A stretch of 63,770 bases of DNA, counting the filler, from Armatimonadota bacterium (GTDB lineage: Bacteria; Armatimonadota; Fimbriimonadia; Fimbriimonadales; Fimbriimonadaceae): the NCBI GenBank assembly GCA_031400935.1. It is 11 parts of 11 records of this genome, joined end to end, with 100 filler letters (N's around TTAATTAATTAA, not from the genome) between each part and the next. Parts side by side here need not be neighbours in the genome. Positions count along the whole stretch, not along the records: positions 5,951 to 10,844 come from JANNQV010000002.1; positions 10,945 to 26,401 come from JANNQV010000003.1; 9 more parts are not named here. One strand, 5' to 3'. The notes beneath the pieces are model-generated. The model was not told the origin of the DNA and did not search any database. It worked only from the letters and a program-made list of their open reading frames with translations. This document shows positions 9,188-20,098 of the stretch, one piece after another; position 1 is the stretch's first letter, and every line of letters starts with the position of its first letter. Made by a program: the position numbers and the translations under genes.

Positions 9188-10844
9188 CTACAACAGCGCC
9201 GCTTGACGACTCGAATCAGGAATCCGGACAGGAACCAGAGTCGAAACCCCTGGCTCGCTCATCGTGACACCCAGCCACACCGGCGCGGCGGCGATGGTGG
9301 ACGTGTTGTGCGTGATGACGATGAACTGAATTTCCTTTGAAAAGTCCCTGAGAAGCTCGATGAACCGCTCGACGTTTCTGCCATCCAGCGGGGCGTCCAC
9401 CTCATCTAGCACCACCAGCGGGCTCGGCTTTACCTTCAAAAGTGCAAAGAGGAACGCCGTAGCGCAAAGCGAGCGCTCGCCTCCGCTGAGAAGTTCGAGC
9501 CTTTGCCTCTTCTTGCCCGGTAGCTGAACGTCAATCTCGATTCCTGATTCCAGTAGGTTTGATGGATTCGAGAGTTGGAGTTGGCCGCTTCCTTCGGGGA
9601 AGAGGCGAACGAATATCTCTTCAAACGCCTCTTGAACGGAAGAAAATGTCTCTTCGAACCTTCCGCGAGTGAGATTGTCGAGCTCCTTGATTCCGGCCTC
9701 AACATCCGAGATTCCGGCCTCGATGTCCTTGGTCTGTTCTGTCAGTTCCGTGTGGCGAGAAGTCATTCTTTCGTAGGCTTCAATCGCGCCGACATTGACG
9801 TCGCCCATGCTTCGAATTTCTCTTCTCAGCCTGCTCACAAGCTGTGAAGCGTCGCTCGGAATGTCGGTCGGAGGCTGCATTTCCAGCGCAGCTTCTTCCG
9901 TGATTCCATACTCTTCAATCAGCCTTTGCAAAGCCGCGGCCAGCTTGGATTCCATTCTCGCCCGGTTGAGTTCGGCTTGATGGAGCGCATCGCCGACGGC
10001 TTGCGAATTTGCCCTTGCTGCCTTTGCCTGCTCGCTGAGCTCGAAACTCTTCTCAAGATATTGCCTCTTTTGATCTGCGCCGCTTGCCAACTTCGCTTCG
10101 ACTTCCTTTCGCCTTTCGTCGGCTTCCAATTTCGATTTTTGGGCAGATTCAATTTCCGAAAGAGCGCGTTCTCTTTCAGGGCCGAGGTTTCCAGTTTTTC
10201 GAATCCGGTGCCCTTCGGCTTCCTCAAGTGCTGCAAGCTTCCTTTGGGACCCCGCCATTCGTTCTGCCGCAATCTTGCGCCGAGAATCTGCTTCGTGAAT
10301 TCTCGCTGAGGCGACCTCGGCATCGGCGCTGAGCGCAGAAAAGGCACGAAGGGCCTGGTCTCTTGCCCGTTCCAGGTTTGCCAGGTCAACTGGTTCGACG
10401 ACTGCTTCATTTTGTGACTGAAGCGACTGAATTTCCCTTTCTAGCTTTTCGATTTCTTTGCGAGTTGCAATCAGTTCGTGATGCACCTGAGAAGCCCACT
10501 GGTTTGCCTCGGCCGCTTCCAGTTTTTGAGTTTCCAGAACTTCCTTCAGGTTTGCAATGTGAGTTTCGATTTTCTGAATCTCTTGCAATTCTTTGGCTGA
10601 TTCCATTTCGGCCTTTTGAACTCTGGCAGAGATTTCGGCTAACTCCTCCTCAATGGCTTCCAGATCGGCTTTGCGTTGCACGACTCCGTAGGCAATCCGC
10701 GCGCCGTTCCCGCCTGTTACCGCACCGCCAGAATGAACCAACTCCCCTTCCAAAGTGACCAGCCGACTCCATCCACTCGTTTTGGCAAGTTTCAATGCAT
10801 CCGACAATGACTCAACGACCAGAATTCTTCCTAGAAGTGCATCA
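9188..10844 (-). CDS. smc: chromosome segregation protein SMC, C-terminal half (5' truncated)
   Basis: Hinge motif VTLEGE..GG.VTGG, long coiled coil, LSGGE signature, LDEVDAPLD Walker B. Confidence 0.95.
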
Positions 10845-10944
10845 NNNNNNNNNNNNNNNNNNNNNNNNNNNNNNNNNNNNNNNNNNNNTTAATTAATTAA
10901 NNNNNNNNNNNNNNNNNNNNNNNNNNNNNNNNNNNNNNNNNNNN

Positions 10945-13164
10945 AGTTAGACTCGTTTGGTTTGCGCCGTCATCTTGTACCGCACAGCTTGGCGGGCCAG
11001 TCGTGTCTTCAATCACGTTTACCGAAATTTGGTTATTGGCTCCCGTCTCCGCTATTTCACAGGTTTGAAACACGTTGTCGGAACGAAAGAATCCCGCCGT
11101 AATTGTGTACAAGCCATAAATGAAGTTTGGAGCACCTGGATTGTAGCCAAGTTGATCTCGAAACTCCCAGACGTTTCGCACTTCACCCGAAGTAAGTGGC
11201 GTACCATTTCCATCGCCTCCAAAGTGACCAACATCTTCGTTTGCGGGACCTCGAAGCCAAACGTAGCACTGGTTAATATCGTACGACTCAGAACTGTAGT
11301 TCTTCACATCGAAAGAACCACGTCCATAGCCGCCGTAGTACCAAGTGCCTAGTGAGCGATCAACTCCATCAAACAAGCCCAAGGGCTCGAAGTTTATGGA
11401 TTGCTCCATACCGTGGTTGTGCATTTGGGCGTTGATCTTTGGGTTCTGGACATCAATATCTGCATGCCATCCATCAAAGAACTCTTGTACCGAATACGGA
11501 CGGTGCCCGCCTGTCGTGTAGTTCCTCATCACTTGGAAAATCTCATCGTCGCCAAGGCTTGACCAATCGTATGGATCGGTTGTCGAGTTGCGAGTATCGT
11601 CGAGGTCTAGCATGAAAGCTATTACTGCCGACTCTGTGTTATAACCCCAATTTGGGCTGATACTCAAGCCGTCGGAGTTGCCGTTTGGCACGTCAAAAGT
11701 GCCATCCCAGTTTGAATCGCAATTGAAGGAAATCAGATTTCCTGGATCATAGCTGTTATAAATCCAATCATTTCCTTGGGCTGTACAAGAGTAATACGTT
11801 CCGAAGCCCTCCGTCCATGCTAAGCCGACAGAATAGTGCCCTTGAAAGCTGTGCTGTCCACCCGTTGCAGGGGGCCATTCGATGTCCGAAAACAGGCCGT
11901 CATGCATGCTGTGGCCGTACTCGTGCATCAAAACGTCAACTGAACTAATGTCAGGATCTTCGTAATAGATTCGATTTTCGTCCCTAACATAATAGCTGCC
12001 GTCTGTACTACCCACATACCACTGGAAAAATGTTTTTCTATTATCAAAGAGGATTCCTGCATAGAAATTCCAATGTTGCCATGCAGATGTGCCGTCGTCG
12101 CAAATCTGAAACGCTCGCTCAACGTTATCCGAAATGCCGAGGGTACCGCTGTCTGCTACATAGTTTGGCGCTGTAAATGTGCCGCCTAAAATGTTGGGCC
12201 AGTTTACGCCAGTTGTCACCGTGTACCCCGTTGTGGCAGCAGCGTTATGAACTTCGATTCTGGTGTTCTCTGAACGGAAAATCAGATACACATCTGCAGT
12301 TCCGAATGTTGCATCATCGGCATTGTCGAACGAAAGCGTGTAATTACCTGCAAAATCCACATTTGCTCGATCAAGAAAATCGTCAGCGGTAGTAGTGTCA
12401 TCATCCCATGCTTCAACCCATGAGCCATAGCCAGCTTTGAGAGTGGCGTCGGTGTGGCGATATCGCCAAGTGCCGTTAATTGTTACCGTTGCGTCGGTAT
12501 ATCCGCCAGTTGGAGGGTCTAGTTCGGCTCCATAGGGGTCGAATTTGTCGCTAAAAGGCTCTTCGGGAGGGTTGCCTCGCTGATGGAAAGACGGCGGAAC
12601 TGATTCCCGAACAATTTGTGCTGGATAGGGATCTTGCTGTTGAACAGGATCAACTTTGGGCCGTTCTGTAGTTAGGACTAAGCGACCTTTGATATTGTCA
12701 ATGTAAAGTGTCCGGCGCTGACCGAATTCGTAGTCCTTGCTTCCCGCAATAATCTGGACAGTAACTTGAAAATTGTCAAGACGATCCACGACCAAGCCAA
12801 AATCCCAGCCGTACGACTTCCCTTTGTCCATCGTTCCTTGGGAGTTGCTTCGTCCTGCAACTAACCGGACGCCTTGTGGAACGTCAATTCGCATTGTTGA
12901 GGCAGCACCGAACTCAGTGAGCATTCCTTCCAATCGCAGATTGAAGTGCTGGCCCACTCTAGCGGACCCTGGAGCAATCAAGCGAGTCTCGATGGGTGCG
13001 ATTGGCTCGCATCCATGTTTCAATTGCCGTTCCTTGTGCAGCTTTTTTAACCCTTTCACACCCTTTTCGCCCTGATTGGTTGCGCCGGGCATATCGGCTG
13101 CAGCAAACCCTGCCATACAAACAAGAGCTGCCAATAGCAACAATCTAAATCGTTTCAAAAACAT
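10945..13164 (-). CDS. large secreted zinc metalloprotease-like protein (gluzincin-type; 3' truncated)
   Basis: Signal peptide; HEYGH followed by a downstream WTEGF third-ligand motif. Confidence 0.65.
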
Positions 13165-13308
13165 TTATCCTCCCTCAAATAGAGCAAAGCTCTTAACCAT
13201 AGCTCGCAACAATGCAAGCTAGTCTCATTACCTACTGTATTGTAATCTAAAAACTATTGAATTGAGCGAAAAACATGGGACGAATTACTAGTTTTTGAAG
13301 AACAACGT

Positions 13309-14022
13309 TCAGCTCTCTAATGCGAGTCGCTGAAGTTCAATGAGTTCGTCAATTCCCTTCTTGGCGAGCTTAAGCATTTTGCCAAGAGTTTCAGCCGAAA
13401 ATGGCTCTGCTTCGGCTGTCCCTTGAATCTCGATGAACTTGCCACCACCAGTCATTGCGACATTCATATCTGTCTGAGCGGTGCTGTCTTCATCGTAATC
13501 GAGGTCCAGTACTTCTCGCCCGCGAACAATTCCCACGCTGACAGCAGCAACAGGTTCGTTGATCAAGTTCCTCTTAATCATGCGGTTTTGCTCCATCCAC
13601 CTAAGAGCGTCAACTGTGGCGACATAAGCTGCTGTAATGCTTGCACAGCGGGTTCCACCGTCGGCCCTTATCGCATCGCAGTCCAGCGTAATCGTTCTTT
13701 CGCCAAGGCCTTCTAGATCAACGATCGTCCTCAAAGTCCTGCCAATCAGCCTTTGAATTTCGAGGTTGCGTCCATTAGGCTTCATTTGATCGCGCTGATT
13801 TCTCTGTCTTCCTGAGCGAGGAAGCATCGAGTATTCCGCTGTCAACCATCCCTTTCCCGTATTCTTCATAAATGGCGGAACGCGATCTTCAACAGTTGCG
13901 GTGACCAAGACATGCGTGTCGCCCATGGTAATGAAACACGAGCCCTCCGCAAATTTTGCGTAATTGCGCTCAATTTTCGTGGGGCGTAGCTGGTCAACTT
14001 CTCGGCCGTCGGGTCTGGTCAT
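13309..14022 (-). CDS. rph: ribonuclease PH
   Basis: RPDGR, AEGS, TAEYSMLPR, EIQRLIGR, ADGGTRCASIT and EIQGTAE motifs. Confidence 0.97.
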   Translation of the reverse strand: MTRPDGREVDQLRPTKIERNYAKFAEGSCFITMGDTHVLVTATVEDRVPPFMKNTGKGWLTAEYSMLPRSGRQRNQRDQMKPNGRNLEIQRLIGRTLRTIVDLEGLGERTITLDCDAIRADGGTRCASITAAYVATVDALRWMEQNRMIKRNLINEPVAAVSVGIVRGREVLDLDYDEDSTAQTDMNVAMTGGGKFIEIQGTAEAEPFSAETLGKMLKLAKKGIDELIELQRLALES

Positions 14023-14048
14023 GAATCAGAGTTTACCGGAGTCTGAAG

Positions 14049-14096
14049 CCCCCTCCCTTTTTCGAGGAACGAGAAAGAGGAGGGCGTTGGGGGTGG
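14049..14096. repeat. REP-like GC-rich palindrome
   Basis: CCCTCCCTTTTTCG..CGAGAAAGAGGAGGG imperfect hairpin followed by TTGGGGGTGG. Confidence 0.5.
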
Positions 14097-14118
14097 AGTT
14101 TCCGAGTAATATGTTTTC

Positions 14119-14268
14119 ATGAACCGACCATCTAAGAAAGAGATCAAAGCCGCAGTCGAAAAACTTAAAGAGCAAAAGCCAGGTCAAGGGCCATCAATAA
14201 ACAGTGCCCCTAACCAACTTTCTGGAAAGAAAGGCAGTCAGGGGAAGATTAGAAAGCAGGGTGTTTAA
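14119..14268 (+). CDS. small basic hypothetical protein (49 aa)
   Basis: MNRPSKKEIKAAVEKLKEQKPGQG...KIRKQGV*; TAATAT 6 nt before the ATG; fills an otherwise empty gap. Confidence 0.55.
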   Translation: MNRPSKKEIKAAVEKLKEQKPGQGPSINSAPNQLSGKKGSQGKIRKQGV

Positions 14269-14283
14269 GCCTTTTGAACTGAA

Positions 14284-14787
14284 TTAGCCGCCCATCTTCG
14301 ATGGGTCAAATGGCTTGCCATCCATCAGCATATCTTGCTTCGTCCAGTTCATGATGGACATTTTCCAAACGCCGCCTTCTTTTCGGTAGGTGTTCATAGT
14401 GACCCCGACAAAGCCCATTGTGTGTTTTTTCTTGTCCGGGCCAGTCATTGTCCCTTCCATTTTGTGGCTTTGTTTGGCGACAACAGTATTTCCTGTCTGC
14501 TTAAAAGATAGGAACTTTGATTGGGCTACGGTCACTTTCTCCATCATGCCAACTCCCTGCTTCATTTCAGCAATCATTTGGTCATAGGTCAATGTTCGAC
14601 CCATTTCAATGTGCTTATAGTCTTTTGTTATCATTGGCTTGACGAGTTTTTCAAATCCGGCAATGTCTTTGTTCAAAAGGCACTTGTCAATTTTTGCCAT
14701 TTGGGCTTCGAACTGCTTTTGAAGCGGGCCTGCGAACGCGGTAGATACGAAAACGGCCAACGAAACGGATAGTAGTAGTCTTTTCAT
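14284..14787 (-). CDS. secreted NTF2-like/DUF4440-like protein
   Basis: Signal peptide; helix plus beta pattern ending TYRKEGGVWK. Confidence 0.6.
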   Translation of the reverse strand: MKRLLLSVSLAVFVSTAFAGPLQKQFEAQMAKIDKCLLNKDIAGFEKLVKPMITKDYKHIEMGRTLTYDQMIAEMKQGVGMMEKVTVAQSKFLSFKQTGNTVVAKQSHKMEGTMTGPDKKKHTMGFVGVTMNTYRKEGGVWKMSIMNWTKQDMLMDGKPFDPSKMGG

Positions 14788-14888
14788 GCGGCTAGTTTAA
14801 CCCTTTGAACTATCCAAATGGAACCGTTCTGGCTCATTTCTTTGTTTTTTTTTGTGAAAGCAAGAAAAATACGTTTTACGGTTTCTGA

Positions 14889-15917
14889 TTACTTTGCTGG
14901 AACCTTCATCACGTAAACATCTCCGTCTCCTGGGCCTCGCCGTGAGTAAAACAGAATGCTTCCATCAACGCCAAGAGCCGGATTCTCGTCCTCCGCTTTG
15001 TTATTCGTAAGCCGCCTTTGCCCGCTGCCATCGGCATTCATGATGTAGATTTCCTTTTGCCCATCCCGTTCTGAAACAAACGCAATTCTTCCATCAGGAC
15101 CCCATGAAGGTTGTTCGTCTGAGGCTTGAGGGGTAGTTAGCCGCTTCATGTTCGATCCGTCGGAATCCATGACATAAATATCGCAGTTGAACTGGCCAGT
15201 TGTTTCGCTCCGATTCCTTTCAGCTTGAAATACGATCTTCCCGTTTTGCCCCCAACACGGCTGGCTTGCCCGCTCCAGGATTCTTTGGGTATCGGAACCG
15301 TCTGGCCCCATCACATAGATATCGGTGTACCTGTCACGATTCGAGGCGAACACAATTCTTCCGTCTTTCGCCCATGATGCTTGCCCGTCGAAGGATGAAA
15401 AATCCGTCAGTTTGGCGAGATTCGTGCCGTCGGTGCGAATCGAATAAATGTTCGTGTCGCTTAAATGACCTGAGTACAATAACTGTCCTTCTGGACCCCA
15501 GCAAGGTTCAAATTTTGTGAGAGAATCGCTTTTTGTGATTTGTTTCTGGTCTGAGCCGTCAGAATTCATTGTGAAAATGTCTTCGCCGCCTTCTCTTCTG
15601 GAAGAAAACGCTATTTTCCCATTCGGCCCCCAAGACGGGTGATGATCTACAGCGTAATCAGTAGTCAAGCGTGTGACAGCCGGAAACCCAGAGGCAGCAG
15701 ACGCAACTTTTGAAACGGGGTTTGATGCAGACAGCTTGCCGCCGCATGAATTACAAAACTTGGCAGCAGGAGGATTTGCCTTCTTGCACTTTGGGCAAGT
15801 GACTTTGGCCTGAGCGATTACTGAGGTGTCCAGCCTTTCAGAAAAGAGGTCAATAGACCGCCCGCCTACCGCATGCCAAGCTCCAAATCCTAACAGAATC
15901 CAATGCCACCGGTTCAT
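14889..15917 (-). CDS. zinc-ribbon plus TolB/PD40 beta-propeller protein
   Basis: CPKC..FCNSCG ribbon; repeated PSWGP.G.IAF.S.R.G..EIY.M..DGS units. Confidence 0.85.
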   Translation of the reverse strand: MNRWHWILLGFGAWHAVGGRSIDLFSERLDTSVIAQAKVTCPKCKKANPPAAKFCNSCGGKLSASNPVSKVASAASGFPAVTRLTTDYAVDHHPSWGPNGKIAFSSRREGGEDIFTMNSDGSDQKQITKSDSLTKFEPCWGPEGQLLYSGHLSDTNIYSIRTDGTNLAKLTDFSSFDGQASWAKDGRIVFASNRDRYTDIYVMGPDGSDTQRILERASQPCWGQNGKIVFQAERNRSETTGQFNCDIYVMDSDGSNMKRLTTPQASDEQPSWGPDGRIAFVSERDGQKEIYIMNADGSGQRRLTNNKAEDENPALGVDGSILFYSRRGPGDGDVYVMKVPAK

Positions 15918-15993
15918 AGCAACAGTCTATCAAATCTAAGCAATTCTTACAACCCCTGCACAAAAAGTCTTTCCTGAGCAGGACACTTTGCTG

Positions 15994-17628
15994 TTAATTT
16001 GCTTTAACAGTCGTGTGCGGTAAATGCCCAAAAAGCGACTCTCGAAGCCCTTTGATTCGCGGATTGATCAATTCTGCATCACGCTGGAAATAAACCGGTA
16101 CAAAAGGTGCTTCTTGCAGCACAATGTCCTCTGCTTTGCCATATAGTTCCAATCTCCGTGCTTCATCGGCAATCGTGTCGGCTTCCCGACAAAGAGCGTC
16201 ATACGCCGGGTTAGCGTACCCAACGTGGTTTTCCGGTCCATAACTGGCTAACAAAACACTTAGGAAGTTTTCAGCATCCAAATAGTCGGCTGCCCAACGC
16301 ATGTGGAAAAACGGCATTTGATTTGCAGAATGCTTTTCAAGATAAGACCGCCATTCCATCGTATGAGTTTTCACTGAAATCTTGAGATTTTCAGTTAGGT
16401 TGCTGGCGACTGCTTCCGCAACTGTCTGGATGTCTGGTCGTTGCTCTCGGAATGTAATTTCGAGTTCGGGAAAACCTTTTCCGTCTGGAAATCCCGCCTC
16501 GGCAAGCAGCTTTCTGGCGGCAGCCGGATCATACGGCAATCCGACGACCTTTTCTCGGTATCCAAAAACGCCAGGTGGGACGATTCCGTTCGCAATTGAA
16601 TTAACGCCTCCTAAATACTGATTCACAATTTTGTCTTTGTCAATCGCCATTGCGATAGCCCTTCGAACTCGAATATCTTTGAATTGTGGTGTTGCCGTTT
16701 GATTCAAGCCGATGTACCAGATTGATGGGCGATCAAAAAACTGGAGGTGGCTCTTGAACTCTTCATCGTCTTTTAACGCAGCAACATCTTGCCTTTCGAG
16801 CATCACAAGATCAATTTCGCCAGATTTGTACTTGCTTAATCGCGTAGCGGGATCTTTGATTACAGGCCGTTCGATCTTGTCAATGCCAATCGTTCCGCCA
16901 TGGTAATTGGCGTTTTTTGTCAAAACAACGAGTTGCTCGGCAATGTACTGTTCTACGCTAAACGGCCCAGTGCCAGCCATTTCTTCCGCTTTTGTGATTT
17001 CCGCATCAGCAGGGACTTTATCTTTGTCAACCACATACGAAACTATGTAGGTTAGCTTACCGAGAAAATAAGGACGAGGCTTGTCAATTGTGATTGAAAG
17101 CGTGTAATCGTCAATGACTTTGAGTCCAGAAATCTCTTTTGCCGTACCGTCAAGTTTTGCTTGAACGCCGACAATGTCTATCAAATAGGTTTTGGCAGTA
17201 GTCGAAATCAGAGGACGCTTGGCGAGATCAATATCCTTTGCAGAGGGACGTACGGCTCTCTCAATTGACCATTTGAAATCCTCAGCCTTCACTTCCCTTC
17301 CGCTAAAGAATTTTGCACCCTTCTTTAATTGAAACGTGTAGGTTCTTCCATCCTTTGACAAATCCCATTTTTCGGCCAGATTTGGCGCGACTCGACTGTT
17401 TTCGTCCCATCGGACAAGGCCCTCATAAACTTGATGCAAAAGATCTATTGTGTCGCCGTCTTGAACAACAGCTGGGTCAAGCGAAGTGGGGTTTGTGACT
17501 ATTGGATAGCGAAACACATTCTTAGGCCCTCCCGCAGCTTGCTGGGCTTCCTTTGAAAACTTACCTGGACCGCAAGAAACCGCAAGAGTGCAAAGTGCCG
17601 TAACGACAAGCAAAGGCCAATTCTTCAT
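15994..17628 (-). CDS. peptide ABC transporter substrate-binding lipoprotein (family 5)
   Basis: Lipobox LAVSC; SLDPA, YEGLV, PNLAEKW, GTGPF and VRRAIAMAID motifs. Confidence 0.92.
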   Translation of the reverse strand: MKNWPLLVVTALCTLAVSCGPGKFSKEAQQAAGGPKNVFRYPIVTNPTSLDPAVVQDGDTIDLLHQVYEGLVRWDENSRVAPNLAEKWDLSKDGRTYTFQLKKGAKFFSGREVKAEDFKWSIERAVRPSAKDIDLAKRPLISTTAKTYLIDIVGVQAKLDGTAKEISGLKVIDDYTLSITIDKPRPYFLGKLTYIVSYVVDKDKVPADAEITKAEEMAGTGPFSVEQYIAEQLVVLTKNANYHGGTIGIDKIERPVIKDPATRLSKYKSGEIDLVMLERQDVAALKDDEEFKSHLQFFDRPSIWYIGLNQTATPQFKDIRVRRAIAMAIDKDKIVNQYLGGVNSIANGIVPPGVFGYREKVVGLPYDPAAARKLLAEAGFPDGKGFPELEITFREQRPDIQTVAEAVASNLTENLKISVKTHTMEWRSYLEKHSANQMPFFHMRWAADYLDAENFLSVLLASYGPENHVGYANPAYDALCREADTIADEARRLELYGKAEDIVLQEAPFVPVYFQRDAELINPRIKGLRESLFGHLPHTTVKAN

Positions 17629-17649
17629 TGTTGTAGTTTACTCACAGCT

Positions 17650-18387
17650 TCAAGTCAAATCTTTGCTATTCGAAGCAAATTGACGATTAGCTGAAAGTTT
17701 CGCCTCCGTCATTGATTCCCACAGGCGAACAAGCATATCAAGCGCTTCATTGGCAAATTTCAATCGTTCTGGTGGTTGATCTAGCTCGGTTACGGCACGA
17801 ACCCCGTAAATTACTTCGGCACGAACTTGGAATCTGTCTGAAAATCGATTTGAAACTTCGGGCGAAATGTAACCGCCAGCAAACGCCGAAACCCAACATG
17901 GTGACTCATCGATTTCAGTACCTTCTACGGCGCATTGATACCATTCCGGACGAAAGCCAACTTGCGACATTAGCTTCAGTTGCGACCAAATGAGCCAAAC
18001 AAGCGGATTTGAACCGCCATCTAAAAGTGCTAAAGCTGTAATGAGTAAGGAAAACTCGGCAGATGCCTCGTGTTCGTGGGGCAACGTGACGGATGCCAAT
18101 TCACAAAGACATTGTGCTGCCAAAACACGGTCATAGTCAGCGCGAATTCCTGGAAATGAAGAAACGGGCTGAACCTGCGTTACATACCGGGTTCGCCCAG
18201 AGGCAATGCCAAAGATCGAGGCTGTTATCGGCTCACTCGCTCCTGCAAGGCGCGAAGCAGGTTTCCTTGCACCCTTTGCAACCGCATCAATAATGCCTAG
18301 CTCTTGGGTCAAAATCGTCAGACGCCGGTCGCTTTCTCCAGCGTCCCGGCGTCTGAGCACGATTCCATGTACGGTTGTTTCAGCCAG
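17650..18387 (-). CDS. recO: DNA repair protein RecO (probable CTG start)
   Basis: TVHGIVLRRRD.GESDR.LTILT..G.I.AVAKGARK OB-fold motif. The frame extends to a CTG at 18387 preceded by GGAGG. Confidence 0.9.
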   Translation of the reverse strand: MAETTVHGIVLRRRDAGESDRRLTILTQELGIIDAVAKGARKPASRLAGASEPITASIFGIASGRTRYVTQVQPVSSFPGIRADYDRVLAAQCLCELASVTLPHEHEASAEFSLLITALALLDGGSNPLVWLIWSQLKLMSQVGFRPEWYQCAVEGTEIDESPCWVSAFAGGYISPEVSNRFSDRFQVRAEVIYGVRAVTELDQPPERLKFANEALDMLVRLWESMTEAKLSANRQFASNSKDLT

Positions 18388-18392
18388 TTAGA

Positions 18393-19127
18393 CTAGCCTC
18401 CCAACACGATGCGCTGGAACCATTCGATCCAGATGAAGTACATACGGTCAATGAGCAATGTGAACCGCATCATGACAGTTGAACCAAAGATCGCTCCGAA
18501 ACCCACCATGAGCAAGTATCTGCCAAGCTTTGTTGTTCCCTGCATGAACTTGCTCTTGAGTTCAATCCCGAACAAAAAGTACGCAAGCACCGACAGTAAA
18601 GTGATTGTAGCGATCAGATTTCCAATAGCTTGCGACAAATACACGTTTTGCCGAATCGTTGCATTCAAGACAGTTTCGGATGGCGCAGCATACGGCACGA
18701 GTCCGAAGTCCGTAGGGATCAGCGGTACCATGGAAGCATTAAGTTGAGGCCAAAATCTTTGAATCCATGCGTCAAACTGTTGGCCGGACCAAAGCCCAAT
18801 AATGATTCCAATCGGAATTCTGCCAACCCAAGAATGCTTTCGACTGAAAACAAAATAGCCGGCAAAACCGATGGGAAGCATGATCGCCCATGCCCAGAAT
18901 CCTGGCTCCGCAATGTTGCCGCCCTCTGCAATCGTTCCAACCATCTTGTTCCACCATTGCGGTCTAAGCGTCTCAGTCCATAGTATTACGAGCGCCCATC
19001 CAGCCGCTAGACCAAGGAAGACATGTTCCCAAAAACGATAGAACTTGTTTTCTCGCCACAACACGGTATAAAGTCCAATTGTCGCTATGACACCGAAAGT
19101 GAATTTAAGTCCAAGGTACGTAAACAT
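18393..19127 (-). CDS. uncharacterised multi-pass membrane protein
   Basis: About 6 TM segments; ENKFYRFWEHVFLG and GFGAIFGSTVM motifs; part of the DUF6754 cluster. Confidence 0.75.
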   Translation of the reverse strand: MFTYLGLKFTFGVIATIGLYTVLWRENKFYRFWEHVFLGLAAGWALVILWTETLRPQWWNKMVGTIAEGGNIAEPGFWAWAIMLPIGFAGYFVFSRKHSWVGRIPIGIIIGLWSGQQFDAWIQRFWPQLNASMVPLIPTDFGLVPYAAPSETVLNATIRQNVYLSQAIGNLIATITLLSVLAYFLFGIELKSKFMQGTTKLGRYLLMVGFGAIFGSTVMMRFTLLIDRMYFIWIEWFQRIVLGG

Positions 19128-20098
19128 TATTCGTTCCCCTTCTTGCGAGTCAACAACACTCCAATATTGCCAATAATAACGGCAATGATCATCAACCCAA
19201 TGGTGAAGTGGAGTGTCAAGTAATATTTAGTTCCTCTATCCATGTTCTTTTTGCCAGGCCAATTTGGAACTACATCTGTATATTTCTTCATGTTGTAAAA
19301 GTTCTTTCCAGATGAGTCAGGATAGTTGGCGCCATATTCCATCATGGTCTCCATGTCATACACTCCTTTAAGGCCGATAGAAAGCCCTTTTAGCTGGTTT
19401 GAAGTGTAGTAGTTCACAGTTTCCGGTCCCATGACTCCAGTAACCAGTCCGAGCATTTTGACTTTATCTTGCAATCTTTCCAGAGCAATTGTGATGGATT
19501 TAGAAGCTGTAACGACAATGAAAGCGCTGAGATCGCCGACTTTTTCGATTCCTTTCATAACTGGTGATTCAAGGACGCTCCGCTCGACGTTGTTTTGATC
19601 CTTGTCTTTGGAAGCCTTGAATGCGTCCAGCATGCTCTCGCCGATTTCTTTGCCCTTGCCTTCAGCGCCTGGAAAATAGCCAAGACTCACATAGTCTTCC
19701 CAGCGTTTGTATTCCCGATCCCCGTCTTTGATCCGTTCGGCATTCAACTCTTTCAACGCATTTCGGGCCACTTCGGAGGCTTGAGGGTCGGCAACTGACA
19801 TAAATGCGAACTTGATGTTCTTCCGCATCAGAATTCTCATTAGAGCATCAAACTGCCCGCGACTTTCGCCCTGAGTAGATTTTGTCCAGTCAGTTTGCAC
19901 GATGACTGTGCTTCCTTCAGGAAGCGTCATTAGTTCTTTGTAAAGGGCCGCCGAGGAGTCCTCGGGAACGTTCGGAATCGTGATCGAAACGAATTGTGGA
20001 ATTGTCGCTAGTATGATCACCAATACAAACCATATCCATCTTGGAATAGAAAGCAACTTTTCTCCAAACATCTTATTAGTTGTTTCTGGCATTGCCAT
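19127..20098 (-). CDS. uncharacterised membrane-anchored protein
   Basis: N- and C-terminal TM segments around a soluble alpha/beta domain; TAATG overlaps at both ends. Confidence 0.75.
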   Translation of the reverse strand: MAMPETTNKMFGEKLLSIPRWIWFVLVIILATIPQFVSITIPNVPEDSSAALYKELMTLPEGSTVIVQTDWTKSTQGESRGQFDALMRILMRKNIKFAFMSVADPQASEVARNALKELNAERIKDGDREYKRWEDYVSLGYFPGAEGKGKEIGESMLDAFKASKDKDQNNVERSVLESPVMKGIEKVGDLSAFIVVTASKSITIALERLQDKVKMLGLVTGVMGPETVNYYTSNQLKGLSIGLKGVYDMETMMEYGANYPDSSGKNFYNMKKYTDVVPNWPGKKNMDRGTKYYLTLHFTIGLMIIAVIIGNIGVLLTRKKGNE

